From Mobula hypostoma (taxonomy: Eukaryota): a DNA stretch of 64,000 nucleotides. The translations under genes and the position numbers were made by a program. The notes beneath the pieces are model-generated. The model was given only the letters and a program-made list of their open reading frames with translations. It did no database searches and was not told the origin of the DNA. Shown piece after piece: positions 12,570-26,179 of the stretch. The stretch lies in contig NC_086108.1 in the NCBI RefSeq assembly GCF_963921235.1, positions 49,478,001-49,542,000 of the forward strand. The letters are read 5' to 3'. Positions within the stretch are counted from its first letter, which is position 1; the number at the start of each line of letters is the position of its first letter.

Positions 12570-13139
12570 TGTAACACGCTGTAAGGTTTCACTGCTAATG
12601 TAATGGCTTCTCTGTAATGTTCCACACTGAGGTAATGGTTTCTCTGTAGCAGCAATGTTTGGGTTATGACTAGAGATAACGGGTATGTTAGCCAATGAGC
12701 GAGATGTTGTTCTTTCTTGTATGTCTGGGAGCTGGGAATTCGCGGTTCTTTTGCTGAGGAGAGAAGACACAAATGGAGAGAGTTGGTAGACCACTGGACG
12801 GAGTGGACTTGGAGCGAGGGTCTGAAGGTCAGCGACTATCGGAGGAGGTCGATAGTGGACGAACGGCCTTATCAGTGAGCTCCAACCTTGAGCAATAGAC
12901 TGTTTGATGAGAATGGGCCCTTTGTCTTTTTTTGTTTCCTTTACTAACCATATAATCAAATTAAGAATTATAAAGCTCAATTGTTTAATGACATATTGTG
13001 TACTGTTTGGTATTTCGTGGTACTGATTTGTAACAGGGGACACATCGCATAGCATCCATCCAAACGCGATTTCTTAAGTTTGGCCAGGCCGGAGGCTATC
13101 ATCCCCTATATTAAGCCGCTAGCCAAAGCGAGAGTTGCA
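12570..13139 (+). repeat. 3' LTR (about 570 bp, TG...CA)
   Basis: Starts tgtaacacg directly after the polypurine tract and probably ends gagttgca at 13139; the end is inferred because the 5' LTR is truncated. Confidence 0.8.
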
Positions 13140-13164
13140 TAGGCATCACTGAATCATGGCTAAA

Positions 13165-14190
13165 AGAAAATTATAGCTGGGAGCTTAATGTTCAAGGGTA
13201 TACATTGTATCAAAGGGATAGGCAGGAAGACAGAGGATGGTGTAGCTCTGTTGGTAAAAAGTGAAATTATATCATTAGAAAGAGGTGTCATAGGGTCAGA
13301 TGGTGTTGAATCATTGTGGATAAAGCTAAGGAACTGCAAGGGTAAAAAGATCCTGAAGGGAGTTATATACAGACCCCCAAAAAGTAGTAAGGATGTGGTC
13401 TACAGGTTACAACGGGAGATAGAAAATGCATGCTAAAAGGGCAATGTTACAACAGTCATGGGGAATTTCAATATGCAGGTAGATTGGGAAAATCAGGTTG
13501 CTGTGGGATTTCAAGAGGGGGAATTTCTAGAATGCCTGTGAGATGGATTTTTAGAACAGCTCTTGGTTGAACCAATAGGGGATCAGCTATTCTGGATTGG
13601 TGTTGTGCAATGAACCAGAATTGAATAGAGAGTTTAGGGTAAAAGAACCCTTGGGGCAAGCGATCATAATATTATAATAGCTATTGCTATTATAAAGGAA
13701 AAAGTGCTAGGCAAACATTTTAAGGTGGATAAGTCACCTGGACCAGATGGACTACATCCCAAAGTCCTGAGAGGAGTTGCTGAAGAGATAACAGATGCAT
13801 TCGTCATGATCTGTCAAGAATCGTTTGATTTTGGCATGGTCCTGGAGGACTGGAAGATTGCAACTGTCACTCCACTCTTTAAGAAGGGAGGAGGGCAAAG
13901 GAAAGGAAATTATAGGTCAGTTAGCCTAGCCTTAGTGGTTGGGAAAGTGTTGGAGTCTATTGTTAAGGATGAGGTTTTGAGGTACTTGGAGACTAATGAT
14001 AAAATGAGTCAAAGTCAGCATGGCTTCTGTATAAAGAAATCTTACCTGACAAATCTGTTAGAGTTCTTTGAGGAAGTAATAAGCAGGGTGGACAAAGGAC
14101 AGGCAGCAGATATCATTTACTTGGATTTTCAGAAGGCATTTGATAAGGTGCCAAACATGAGACTGCTCAACAAGGTAAAATCCTATGACA
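13165..14190 (+). mobile_element. CR1 ORF2 fragment with an internal deletion (EN domain joined to RT region)
   Basis: GVALLVK..ESLWIKLRN..GVIYRPP, then a jump near 13680 to KVDKSPGPDGLHPKVL..QHGF..LTNLLEFFEEV..YLDFQKAFDKVP. Confidence 0.88.
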
Positions 14191-14194
14191 TGGA

Positions 14195-14870
14195 TAGAGG
14201 ATCAATAGGATCAATGAAAAACCACACACAACAAAGATGGACAAACAACTGGCGTGCAAAAGACAGTGAACTGCAAATACAAAAAATAACAAACAAAATA
14301 ATAACAATAAATAAATAAGCAATAAATATTGAGAACGAGAGATGAAAAGTCCTTGAAAGTGATGATCGGCCAACAGCAGTGGTGTTATCAGCAAACTTAA
14401 ATTTGGCATCAGAGCTGTACTTAGCCACACAATCACAGCTATTAAGTGAGTAAAGCATTCAGCCCTGTGGTGCATCTGTGCTGATGATAATTGTAAAGGA
14501 GATATTATTGCTAATCTGCATTGACTGGTGTTTGCAAGTGCAGATGCATAGGGAGGTATCAAGCCCATATCAGGGAGCTTAGTGATGAGTTGAGGGGTTA
14601 ATAGTATTGAATGCTGATCTGTAGTCAATGAAGAGTACCCTGATGTATCCATCTTCATTGTTCAGGTATTCCAGAACTGAGTGAAGGGCAATGAAATGGC
14701 ATCTGCTGTTGTCCTGTTGTGACAGTACACAAATTGGAGCACATCCAGGTCAGTCCTCGGGCAGACCAGCATCTTGAAGCATTTCACAGTGGACGTGAGC
14801 ACTGCTGGGTGATAAGCCACTGAGGCAGGCTACCACGTTCTTTTTTTTACATTGGAATGATTGATAGACT
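14195..14870 (-). mobile_element. Rex1/Babar LINE fragment with 3' UTR
   Basis: Reverse frames give DCVAKYSSDAKFKFADNTTAVG; the tail resembles 27590-27800. Confidence 0.7.
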
Positions 14871-15668
14871 GGACACCAGGCTGATTTACTTTTTCAGCCG
14901 CATTATCCAAGGTCGAGTAATTCTGTAGGGACTGAGGAATACACTAAAGTAGCAAACAGTATCAGTGGTCTAACCACTGAATAATAAGGAAAGCTCTATC
15001 AATTGACTTTCAGCAGAATAATAACCTCTATCAAATTCAACTCACTTCACACATTGCTGACGCTTCTCTCTGTGAAAACCTACTGAACATTTTATTCAAG
15101 CTATTTTATTAAGATCCTACATAAAGCAGGGATTTTACATTCTCCAGTTCAAAATTATTGGTACACTTTTAAAGTGGTGGCATCAAGCACTCAAATTATA
15201 ACAAGCTCTATGTGAGTATAACAACTGCAAACCAAATTATGGATTTTAAACCCTTAATGACAGAAGGAGATTTCAAAGGACCTGGGTTGCACATATTCCT
15301 CTGTGTAAAATGAAATGTGAAGAGTCAGAAAGCAGTAACCATTTTAATTCCAATGTCGTTTTTGCAAAGTGTAATTGGTGAAAAATGAAAGGTCATCTGT
15401 TTCTCTTGGTTCAAAAAGATACAATTATCTCCCTGGTTGTAGTACATGGTATACAGTAATTCCAGAGACTGGAAGACTGGTTACACAAGAGGCTTCTTCA
15501 GTGGCAATAAAGCAGTCTATTGTCCACGTTACTCTGAATTGAACCCCCTGCACTCAGATGGTGGGAAGAACTTGCCAAAAGATCTGAAGGGTATCAATGA
15601 AAAACCCCACACAACAAAGACCAACACAATGTGTGAAAAAAGAACAAACCTTGCAAGCAATAAAAAAG

Positions 15669-16135
15669 TGTTACACTTTGTTACTCCAGAAACTAACTGA
15701 AAGAAAAACACAGGAGCTTCGGATAACTTGTCTACGTTGTTTTACTTTAGTGAGGCACTTACATATGACATGATGATATAATGACATATGCCATTCATGT
15801 ACTTTTACGTATAACCCATCATGAATTATGTAAACAAAGAAGGCTTAATCAACCAATATATTCATAGCAAATATAACTGAATATAACTCAAATATAACTG
15901 AGATATTAAATACACAACATTCCTTTCTGCTTAACTATAAACTCCAACTCAATACAGAATACATTTCGACTCAAATATGTAACGTATTGCTCTTTAGTCA
16001 TCATATATATTCACTTCTGGTGAAAGCCATATTGCTTATCTATTCTTAGTGTTTTACATTATAAATCTCAAGTCTACTCAGTCCAGTGTCACTATCATCA
16101 TTATCAGATTTTTCATCAACAGCATGCAGATTAAA
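15669..16135 (-). mobile_element. Heavily deleted Gypsy element: 251-bp 3' LTR (15669-15919), PPT, and gag/protease junction remnant
   Basis: LTR bounded by tgtt...aaca; purine tract aagcagaaaggaa immediately upstream on the - strand; 16010-16130 translates on - as NLHAVDEKSDNDDSDTG..LEIYNV...AIW..PEVN, resembling the Gypsy pre-protease region. Confidence 0.6.
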
Positions 16136-17949
16136 GTTTAAAAAGCTTCATTTGTTATCAAAGCATGTATCCATATACAATTCTGAAATTTTGTCTTCTC
16201 CAGATAGCCACGAAACAAAAAGCAACTTGAAAGTTGTTCAGAGAGAAAACCAAACTTACCTCCCACCCCGCCCACATACACATAAAAAAGAACATATGGT
16301 CATCAACCTCCAAATCCTCACTCCCCCTCCACAAAATATAATAGGAACTTCAAACCTGAAAAACAATGATTTTTTAAGTTGATTTAAGCCAGCACTTAAA
16401 CAAAGCCTGTAGAGGTTTGGTGTATGATGTGATTGTGGAATATCAATCCTGCTAAGATTATTGTTCAATATAATGGCCTCTTAAACAAAGATAGTATCCA
16501 GCTTTCACCTCCTTCCTTCCATTTTGATGAAGACAGCAATTTATTGGCAGGTACATTTTGTCCTGAATTTTAGCCTCAAGATTGCAGCAGTGGGAAATTA
16601 TATTTGGCATCTAAAGTCACAGTCATGTGCTTCCATACCAGATGTAATGTAGATTGCAATGCGAATTATGTTCTCTCTATACATATCAACAACAAGCTTT
16701 AAGGAGCAAAGCAGTGCACAAATCATTGCTTGTTGGCTCTTAGGGTGATGTGATTGAGTTTCCTTTCTCACAAGAATTCTGGACTCCGGCATACAATAAA
16801 AATATGAAACTGGCTTGTCTCCTCTAATCAGCCCCCAACTCGAACAGCTGCAAAGGTCTAAAACTATTTACTGAATTATCAAGACTTACATGGTGCATTA
16901 ATATAAGGGAAGAAGATGACCAGAGTTTGTCGATAAATCTATAAGCATGCCTCGTGCAATCTCAACTGAAACATTTCATTTTCTCACTTCTTTGTTGCTT
17001 CTGCTATCAACAAATGGGAAAGCTAACAACTGAGGATAAAATCACTAGTCCAGGTAGTAGGAAGATAAACAGAATTTGCTTTTATAGGAAAACAAATATC
17101 TCCTCTGCTCAGAAAATTGAATCCCAAATGACAAATTCTTAGTTTAGAAATCTATGCAACAAACTGTTCAAGTGTAAGAAACAGAAGTTTAGCTTTTAAA
17201 ACTAAGTTCAGATGGACATTTGGAGAGGCGTATGTAAACAGGATGTTCTTTAGAGCAGGTGCACATCTGGAAGGGGACTGCAGTTCTGGCACTGATCTTG
17301 TGTCTAACAAAGCTGGCTGTGCCAAGAACATGAACTGATCAGCCTAGTTTTCACATCTGCAGTCAATAGAATGTACAACAGATGGTCTGGAAAAAATGCA
17401 TCCTACATTCTCCTGCAGATAGCCTGGTGCAGTACAGAACATCCAAGAGAGCACACATTTATCAGTTTAAGTTCATTATTTCAGTCATTTGTTCATTATT
17501 GTGAAATGTAAAAATTTTGCTATCAACAATCAGCAAGATCATAAAAATATCCCCATAGAAAGCGATTCAGCACACGGTGTGTGTCTTGGCACTTTGAAAG
17601 AGCTCTCTCATTGTTCCAATCCCCGACTTACTCCATATTAACCTTTTCTGAGAGCACCTTGTGAATTGCTTTGAATATCCATTCAGGCTGTCCATTCTCG
17701 ATAGTAACAGCTCGAAACGTAAAATAACCCTCTTCTTCAAGCTCTTGTTACGGGACGGTTTACATCTGAACTGGAGGGGGACAAATATTCCTGTAGAAAG
17801 GTTTGTTAGAGAGGCTCCAGCGGATTTAAACTAGATACAAGGGGGGAGGGGAACCAGAGTGTAGGAACAGATGTAGGGGAGAAGGAAGAAAAAGAAAATA
17901 GTGAAGTTGTTTGCACCGTTAGTGATAAACAGAGAGCAAGAGGTGGGAA

Positions 17950-20800
17950 ATTTCTTAAATGCATTTATTTTAATGCGTGGGGCATTATAAGAAAGGTGGA
18001 TGAGCTTAGAGCATGGATTGATACCTGGAAGTCTGATGTGGTAGCTATTAGTGAAACATGGTTGCAAGGGGGGTGTGATTGGCAACTAAATTTTCCTGGA
18101 TTTCATTGCTTCAGGTGTGATAGAATCGGAGGGACAAGAGGGGGAGGTGTTGCATTGCTAGTCAGAGAAAATATTACAACGGTGCTCTGGCAGGATAGAT
18201 TAGAGGGCTCGTCTAGGGAGGCTATTTGGGTAGAATTGAGGAATGGGAAATGTGTAGTAACACCTATAGGGGTATATTATAGGCTATCTAATGGGGAGCG
18301 AGAAGTGGAGGAGCAAATTTGTAAGGAGATAGCAGATATTTGTAGTAAGCACAAGGTTGTGATTGTGGGAGGTTTTAATTTTCCACATGTAGACTGGGAA
18401 GCCCATACTGTAAAAAGGCCGGATGGTTTGGAGTTTGTAAAATGTGTGCAGGATAGTTTTTTTGCAGCAATACATAGAGGTGCCAACTGGAGAAGGGGCA
18501 GTGTTGGATCTTCTGTTAGGGAATGAGATAGGTCAAGTGACGGAGGTATATGTTGGGGAGCACTTCGGCTCCAGTGATCACAATGCCATTAGTTTCAATA
18601 TAATTATGGCGAAAGATAGGACTGGACCCAGGGTTGAGATTTTTGATTGGAGAAAGGCTAACTTTGAGGAGATGCAAAAGGATTTAGAAGGAGTGGATTG
18701 GGACAAATTGTTTTATGGGAAGGATGTAATAGAAAAATGGAGGTCATTTAAAGGTGAAATTTTGGGGGTACAGAATCTTTATGTTCCTGTTAGGTTGAAA
18801 GGAAAGGTTAAAAGTTTGAGAGAGCCATGGTTTTCACGGGATATTGGAAACTTGGTTTGGAAAAAGAGAGGGATCTACAATAAATATAGGCAGCATGGCA
18901 TAAATGAGGTGTTCAAGGAATATGAAGAATGTAAAAAGAACCTTAAGAAAGAAATTAGAAAAGCTAAAAGAAGATACGAGGTTGCTTTGGCAAGTAAGGT
19001 GAAAATAAATCCAAAGGGTTTCTACAGTTATATTAATAGCAAAATGATAGTGAGGGATAAAATTGGTCCCTTAGAGAATCAGAGTGGACAGCGATGTGTG
19101 GAACCAAAAGAGATGGGAGAGATTTTGAACAATTTCTTTTCTTTGGTATTCACTAAGGAGAAGGATATTGAATTGTGTAAGGTAAGGAAAACAGGTAGGG
19201 AAGTTATGGAAACTATGATGATTAAAGAAGAGGAAGTACTGGTGCTTTTAAGGAATATAAAAGTGGATAAGTCTCCCGGTCCTGATAGGATATTCCCTAG
19301 GACCTTGAGGGAAGTTAGTGTAGAAATAGCAGGGGCAATTTCTACACTAACAGAAATATTTCAACAGAAATATTTCTACACTAACAGAAATATTTCAAAT
19401 TTCATTAGAAACAGGGATGGTGCCGGAGGATTGGCGTATTGCTCATGTTGTTTCATTGTTTAAAAAGGGTTCTAAGAGTAAACTCAGTAATTATTGGCCT
19501 GTGAGTTTGATGTCAGTGGTGGGTAAATTGATGGAAAGTATTCTTAGGGATGGTATATATAATCATCTGGATAGACAGTGTCTGATTAGGAACAGTCAAC
19601 ATGGATTTGTGCGTGGAAGGTCATGTTTGACAAATCTTACAGAATTTTTTGAAGAGGTTACTAGGAAAGTTGACGAGGGTAAAGCGGTGGATGTTATTTA
19701 TATGGACTTCAGTAAGGCCTTTGACAAGGATCCACACGGAAGGTTAGTTAGGAAGGTTCAATCTTTAGGTATTAATATTGAAGTAGTAAAATGAATTCAG
19801 CAGTGGCTGGATGGGAGATGCCAGAGAGTAGTGGTGGATAACTGTTTGTTAGATTGGAGGCCAGTGACTAGTGGTGTGCCTCAGGGATCTGTACTGAGTC
19901 CAATGTTGTTTGACATATACATTAATGATCTGGATGATGTGGTGGTAAATTGGGTTAGTAAGTATACAGATGATACTAAGATAGGTGGCGTTGTGGATGA
20001 TGAAGGTTTTCAAAGCTTGCAGAGAGATTTAGGTCAGTTAGAAGAGTGGGCTGAAAGATGGCAGATGGAGTTTAATGCTGATAAATGTGAGGTGCCACAT
20101 TTTGGTTGGACTTATCAAAATAGGACATAAATGGTAAATGGTGGGGCATTGAAGAATGCAGTAGAACAGAGGGACCTAGGCATAATGGTGCATAGTTCCC
20201 TGAAGGTGGTATCTCATGTGGATAGGGTAGTGAAGAAAGCTTTTGGTATGCTGGCCTTTATAAATCAGAGCATTGAGTATAGGAGTTGGAATGTAATGAT
20301 AAATGTGTACAAGGCATTGGTAAGGCCAAATTTGGAGTATTGTGTACAGTTCTGGTCACCGAATTATAGGAAAGATGTCAACAAAATAGAGAGAGTACAG
20401 AGAAGATTTACTAGAATGTTACCTGGATTTCAGCACCTAAGTTACAGAGAAAGGTTGAACAAGTTGGGTCTTTATTCCTTGGAGTGTAGAAGGTTGAGGG
20501 GGGACTTGATAGAGGTATTTAAAATTATGAGGGAGAGAGATAGAGTTGACGTGGATAGGCTTTTTCCTTTGAGATTAGGGGAGATTCAAACAAGAGGACA
20601 AGAGTTGAGAGGGGGCAAAAGTTTAGCGGTAACATGAGGGGGAACTTCTTTACTCTGAGAGTGATAGCTGTGTGGAACGAGCTTCCAGCAGAAGTGGTAG
20701 AGGCAGGTTCAATATTGTCATTTAAAGTAAAATCAGATAGCTATATGGACAGGAACGGATTGGAGGGTTATGGGCTGAGTGCAGGTCGGTGGGACTAGGT
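17950..20800 (+). pseudogene. CR1 ORF2 (APE endonuclease + reverse transcriptase), disrupted
   Basis: ORF pieces 17996-18526 (AISETWL, GGGVALLV), 18444-19463 (SSDHN, KSPGPD), 19417-19794 (QHGF, DFSKAFD), 19831-20130 (GVPQGSVL, YTDDTK), 20131-20637 (LVRPNLEYCVQFWSP). Confidence 0.93.
19338..19398 (+). repeat. Local tandem duplication inside CR1 ORF2
   Basis: atttctacactaacagaaatatttc occurs twice with a partial aacagaaatatttc copy between; coincides with a frameshift. Confidence 0.8.
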
Positions 20801-20902
20801 GAGAGTAAGCATTCGGCATGGACTAGAAGGGCCGAGATGGCCTGTTTCTGTGCTGTAATTGTTATATGGTTATGCAATTGTTGAAGCTTCTTCATACTGG
20901 AG

Positions 20903-21560
20903 GGAGGAGAAGATGGCGGTGTGACGCAGCTCTCAGTGGCCTCTCTGGTGGTGATGTCTGTTATTTGTCAAGTAGGGTGCCATGCACAATCCTGATTTGA
21001 TGGAGATGGACGTGAGAGCACAGAGGAACATCTGGTGAAACTTCTGAAATGCCAGCTTCACTGCTGCTGCTACTGCGTGGTCCAGAATCTCCGGAGGGGA
21101 GGGCCCCGAGTCCTCGGCTTTGCTTGTTGCTCGGCAGTCGGGGTGGGGTCAAAGCGCTCGGCAGAGGGTGGTGCTTGGAGAGGCTGTGTCGGAGGCCTGA
21201 AGTTTTCGGACGGACTCAGAGTCCGCTGCGGTCAGGTGCTTCCAATGGTGCTGCATCAGCAAGTTGGCGGCACTTGGAGGTTCATGGCAAGGAGAGTTTT
21301 CTCCTGCGTGAGATGATGAGTCTATCGGGACTTTGAGACTTTTTTTTTACCGTGCCCATGGTCTTGCTCTTTATCAAATTATGGTATTGATTTGCACTGT
21401 TGTAACTATATATTATAATTATGTGGTTTTGTCAGTTTTAATCTTGGTTTGTCCTGTGTTTTCTTGTGATATCATTCTGGAGGAACGTTGTATCATTTTT
21501 TAATGCATGTATTTCTAAATGACAATAAACGAGGACTGAGTGTCCTCATAATCTAATACT
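20903..21560 (+). mobile_element. Non-autonomous retroposon (about 650 bp) starting AAGATGGCG with LINE-like 3' tail
   Basis: CpG-rich body, no recognisable ORF, ends tgacaataaacgaggactgagtgtcctcataatctaa. Confidence 0.6.
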
Positions 21561-21629
21561 GACTCTAATTGAGTTTGAACACTTCAGTTAAATCTTGTAC
21601 CAACCTTCCCTGCTCCAAGAATAATCCCA

Positions 21630-22190
21630 GATCAGAATCAGAATTAGGGTTAATATCATTGGCATACTGTATGTCGAGAAATTTGTTGTTTTTCGGCAGC
21701 AATACATAATAATCATTGTCCATTCAGAAATATGATGGCAGAAGGAAAGAAGTTGCTCCTGAAATATTGAGTGTCCCTCTTCAGGCTTCTGTAGCTCTTC
21801 CTTGATAGTAGCAATGAGGAGAGGGCATTTCCTAGGTGATGGTGGTCCTTTATGATGGATACTACCTTTCTGAGGCATCGCCTTTGGATGGTGTCCTCAA
21901 AGCTGGGGAGACTAGTAACTATGATGGAGCCAGCTGAGATTACAACTTTCTGCAGCTTTTTCCAATCCTGTACAATGGCTCCAATCCTGTACAATCCTGG
22001 ACTTTTTCCAATCCTGTACAACGGCTCCTACATACCAGATGATAATGCAACCAGTAAGAATGCTCTCCATGATACATTGTAGAAATTTACAAGGGTTTTT
22101 GATGATGTATCAAGTCTTCCCAAATTCCTAATGAAATATAGTTGCTATCATGCCTTCTTTGTAATTGCATTGATATGTTGGGTCAAGTAT
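21630..22190 (-). mobile_element. Rex1/Babar LINE 3' fragment
   Basis: KKLQKVVISAGSIIVTSLPS...RCLRKVVSIIKDHHHLGNALSSLLLSRKSYRS..FRSNFFPSAI; (attctg)n tail; local repeat of ccaatcctgtaca at 21962-22020. Confidence 0.85.
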
Positions 22191-23415
22191 GAAAAAGAAA
22201 CAAATTCTTATGTTTAATTCAACATTCAATTTATGATTGTCAATAAACAAGCATGGAGTTAATGAATCAACTCTGTCTTGCAAAAATTCTGAATTTTTAT
22301 CCTATGTGGCCACTTAATAAGAATACAGGTACATTTCTCCAGAAGTATCTAGCTTGATAAATTTCAGAATTGATATATTTCCTATTCTCTAAAAATGATC
22401 ACACTTCTAAAAGATTTCACCATTTTTAAACTTTTCTACCTCTAGTACAGTTTTGTAATGGAAGCACTGAGCAGCGCAGTGGTGCTGCTGGGGGAAGATG
22501 CTCTTCGGCAGTCTAAGGAAGTTAGCGCACAGCCACTGAGCTCTGAGTGTGATTTTAGCTTTAAGAATATTTTCACTTTAGTGATCAAAGTCTGAAGGAA
22601 TCTGAATACTTCAGCAATGGATCCAAACTGCTGGCCTTCACACCTTACCTCCATGCTCTCAGGTAGTCATAGAGCAGTACAGGACAGAAACAGGCCCATT
22701 AGCCCTTCTAGTCTGTGCCAAACTATTATTCTGCCAAAATTCTGACTGTTGAAAGTCCAATCCATGCATTTGAATCTTCTAGATTTGGCTTCTATTGAGC
22801 CAATACAGTTTCTCCAGTCTTCAAATTCATGTAGTTTGATTTCTCGGAAGCTCTACACACCTATTACCCTGCTGCCACTTGGCCCACTCTCTCAATCTCC
22901 CTCCTCATTGTTCTTCTCTCTTTACCTTGAATACATTTCTCCACTCAGTTCCATTCTGTCACTTCTCCTGATTCATTCACCAAAGGTCAGCACATGTTCT
23001 TTCTCCCCTGCTCAAGGGAATGATTTAATGTTAAAGACATTGCACATGTACAAGGAGCTGGTGTTCATTCAACAGCTTTTTAAAATTACTCTCTTCCTGT
23101 AACTGGCACAGAATTTCTTAAGCACTGCCAAAAAGAAGTCTACCTTCCTTTCTGACTGAAGATAATTGTAGGATCCTGTGGTACATTTGTCTTTACCTGT
23201 TTGGTCTGCAGCTGAAAAAAATATTTAAAGCCTGTTAAAATCACGAGCTCGTATTAAACTGCAAAATAAAAGTGAGTTTTGGTTAATTGGCCATCAGTAT
23301 TTCCTGTAGAGATCCCATATTTCATATTAATACTAGAAAAATAAAAGCTCAATTGAGATAGTCATTGAATTTTGCTATTCATTCTATCTTCCCATTGCAA
23401 ACCAATCTAAACTGA

Positions 23416-23870
23416 TACTTTATACTTTATTGTCGCCAAACAATTGATACTAGAACGTACAATCATCACAGCGATATTTGATTCTGCGCTTCCCACTCCC
23501 TGGATTACAAATATTAAATATATAAAATATTAAAAATAGTAAAAATTAGTAAATATTAAAAATTTAAATTATAAATCATAAATAGAAAATAGAAAAATGG
23601 AAAGTAAGGCTGTGCAAAAAAACCAAGAGGCAGGTCCGGATATTTGGAGGGTACAGCCCAGATCCGGGTCAGGATCCGTTCAGCAGTCTTATCACAGTTG
23701 GAAAGAAGCTGTTCCCGAATCTGGACGTACGAGTCTTCAAGCTCCTGAGCATTCTCCCGAAGGGAAGAGGGATGAAAAGTGTGTTTGGCTGGGTGGATCG
23801 TGTCCTTAACTATCCTGGCAGCACTGCTCCGACAGCGTGCGGTGTAAAGTGAGTCCAAGGACGGAAGGAC
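23416..23870 (-). mobile_element. Young Rex1/Babar 3' end
   Basis: LPSLDSLYTARCRSSAARIVKDTIHPA; (taaagta)n tail; near-identical copy at 55761-56081. Confidence 0.85.
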
Positions 23871-25754
23871 GGAAGCATCAATACAGCACATGACACAAGA
23901 ACAACACACATCACTTCAGTTGCTCACCTCTCAAAGTTACTTATCTTGTAGAGGAGCAGCTTAGTATCAGTTATTGGATAGAGTGGTGCCTGAATGATTA
24001 TAGTGAAGGTCAATGCAGCTGTATTGTTAAACATTACCTTTCTTTCCCCACCCACATCCCCTGAAACCGGTTTCCCTTAACTTTCGTAAAGTTTTTCTTA
24101 GAGGGATTATAAGATAAGATTTTTAAAAAATCTAAAATCCGACTTTAGACAAAACATAGATGCAGCGTAACAAAGGAATAAGACAAAGAGAGAACTTAAG
24201 TAGGAAAAGTTCAAAAGGACGATGGAGTGAGGGCTGCAGGTTTGGAGCACACAGTCCAACACACTGACTATTTGTCATTGTCTTTGATCTACTCTTTCCA
24301 AAAAAAGCTTCCTGTCAGTATGTCCCACCTGCTGCACAGTAGGTCACTATACACACCACAACATGCTTCATTTCTATCAAGACAAACTTATGTTAATGTT
24401 GATTTTGATCTGTGCGAAGATAAATATACAGTGATTGATGTTTTCAGATTTAAGCATTCTTTGAAAAGGTGGAAGAATTATGAGGATCACCCAGAAAACT
24501 AGATGAAGTTATTCAGCCCCGAGAGATCTCAGAGGAAACACGTGACCTTGAACAGAATAGAAAAGAATGCTATGGAAACAAATGCCAAGACAAGAGGACA
24601 AGAGGGCAAAAGTTTATGAAAGGCAAATTACAGAAGAATGTCAGGAATGTTTCTTTGCACTGATACTCAACAAAATCTGGAAGATTGGATTTATTAGTGA
24701 TTATTGAGTGGATGCAGTGGGTAATGTAGCATTAGCATTCCAGAATGATGGAATGAATTGGCTGGAAATCACCTTCATACTTTCCCATCATATAAAATAT
24801 AATTTTGATATACTATGGTTGAGAATGTGGTTTGAAACTCCTGTGCTTTCTGAGTATTCAAAATTAAATTGTTTCCTGAAGCTGGATCCTTGACTCCTTT
24901 ATTGGGAGACCAGAATCCATGCAGATCGGAATAACATCTCCTCCTCCTCCTCCTCACTGACAGTCAACAGGCACTCCTCAGAGGTGCATGCTTAACCCAC
25001 CGCTCTACTTCTTTCTATACTCATGACCGTGTGGCTAGCACAGCTCAAACAGTGTCCATAAATTCATCAATGACAGCACAGTCATTGCCAGAATCTCAGA
25101 TGGTGACAAGGAGGCACTTAGGAGTAAGATAGCCCAGCTGACTGAGCGGTGTAACAGCACCAAGCTCACACTCAATGTCAGCAAGACCAGGGAACTGATT
25201 GCAGACTTCACTAGACAGGGATGTTGGGAGAACACATACCAGTCCTCAGGAGGAAGGGCAAGCAGCTTCAAGTTCCTGGGCATCAACACCTCAGCGAATC
25301 TTCCTTTGGCCCAATTCACGGATTCAATCATGAAGAAGGCATACGAGTGGCTCTCCTTCATTAGAAGTTTGCAGAGATATGGAATGTCACTAAAGACTCT
25401 TGCATATTTCTATAGATGTACAGCGGAGACCATTCTGACTGTTTGTATTACAGCCTGTCATGGAATCTCCAACGCAGAGGATCATCAGTGGCTGCAGAGG
25501 GTTGTAGAGTTGGCCAGTTCCATCATAGGTACAACTCTTCCCAACATCAAGGAAATGTTCAAGAAGCATCAAAGATTAGGGATCCTTACCATTTGGGACA
25601 TGCCCTTTTCGCATTACTACCATCAGGGAGAAGGTATAGGCATCTGAAGACCCAGAGTCAATGGTTTGGGAACAGCTACTTCCCCTCTGTCGTCAGAATT
25701 ATAAAAGGACCTTGATGAACACTACCTCAGTTTTCACCTTTTGTACTATTTACA

Positions 25755-26085
25755 GCCTGCAGGTCACCCTTGGATAAGGTGTAGCACCTGCTTAGCCTCC
25801 CAACCCCCACCCAGATCCCGGATCAGGGGTATGTGAAGCCATGGGAGCAGATGGTGGATGGTCGTATGAGCAGCTGGTGCTTATCACAAGACCTGGTTAT
25901 GTGACCACTGATGCCAGGCAGGCAATCTCTGAAGAGAATTGATAATGGCTGGGGTCACCCATCTTGTAAAGACTCTGCCCAGAAAAAGGCGATGGCAAAC
26001 CACTTCTGTAGAAAAATTTGCCAAGGACAATCACAGTCATGGAAAGACCATGATCGCTCATGTCATACAACATGGCATGTAATGG
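25755..26085 (+). mobile_element. RTE-related SINE/non-autonomous element
   Basis: Same family as 2209-2918; gaaaaaggcgatggcaaaccacttctg motif. Confidence 0.75.
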
Positions 26086-26179
26086 AGGAACTATTTACAG
26101 TATTCATTTATGTAATTTACAGTAATTTTGTCCTGAACTGAAAAGCTGCAAAGAAACAAACTACAAGACATACATACAG

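Larger units (their letters stand above)
8952..13139 (+). mobile_element. Ty3/Gypsy LTR retrotransposon, internally deleted and frameshifted
   Basis: Two homologous LTRs start tgtaa(t/c)acgctg at 8952 and 12570; PPT ggtggggggagag precedes the 3' LTR; pol remnants in RT-RNaseH-integrase order. Confidence 0.95.
17748..20875 (+). mobile_element. CR1 LINE, 5'-truncated within ORF1, with near-complete ORF2 and 3' UTR
   Basis: ORF1 end RDGLHLNWRGTNI; ORF2 APE endonuclease and RT; 3' tail gggccgagatggcctgtttctgtgctgt. Confidence 0.95.

Noticed and set aside
8947..13144. TSD for the Gypsy element
   Set aside because: Flanks ctgtg and taggc do not match.
17996..20637. Active or domesticated reverse transcriptase
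   Set aside because: Several frameshifts and stops, and the catalytic motif region is mutated (YTDD); this is an ordinary dead CR1 copy.
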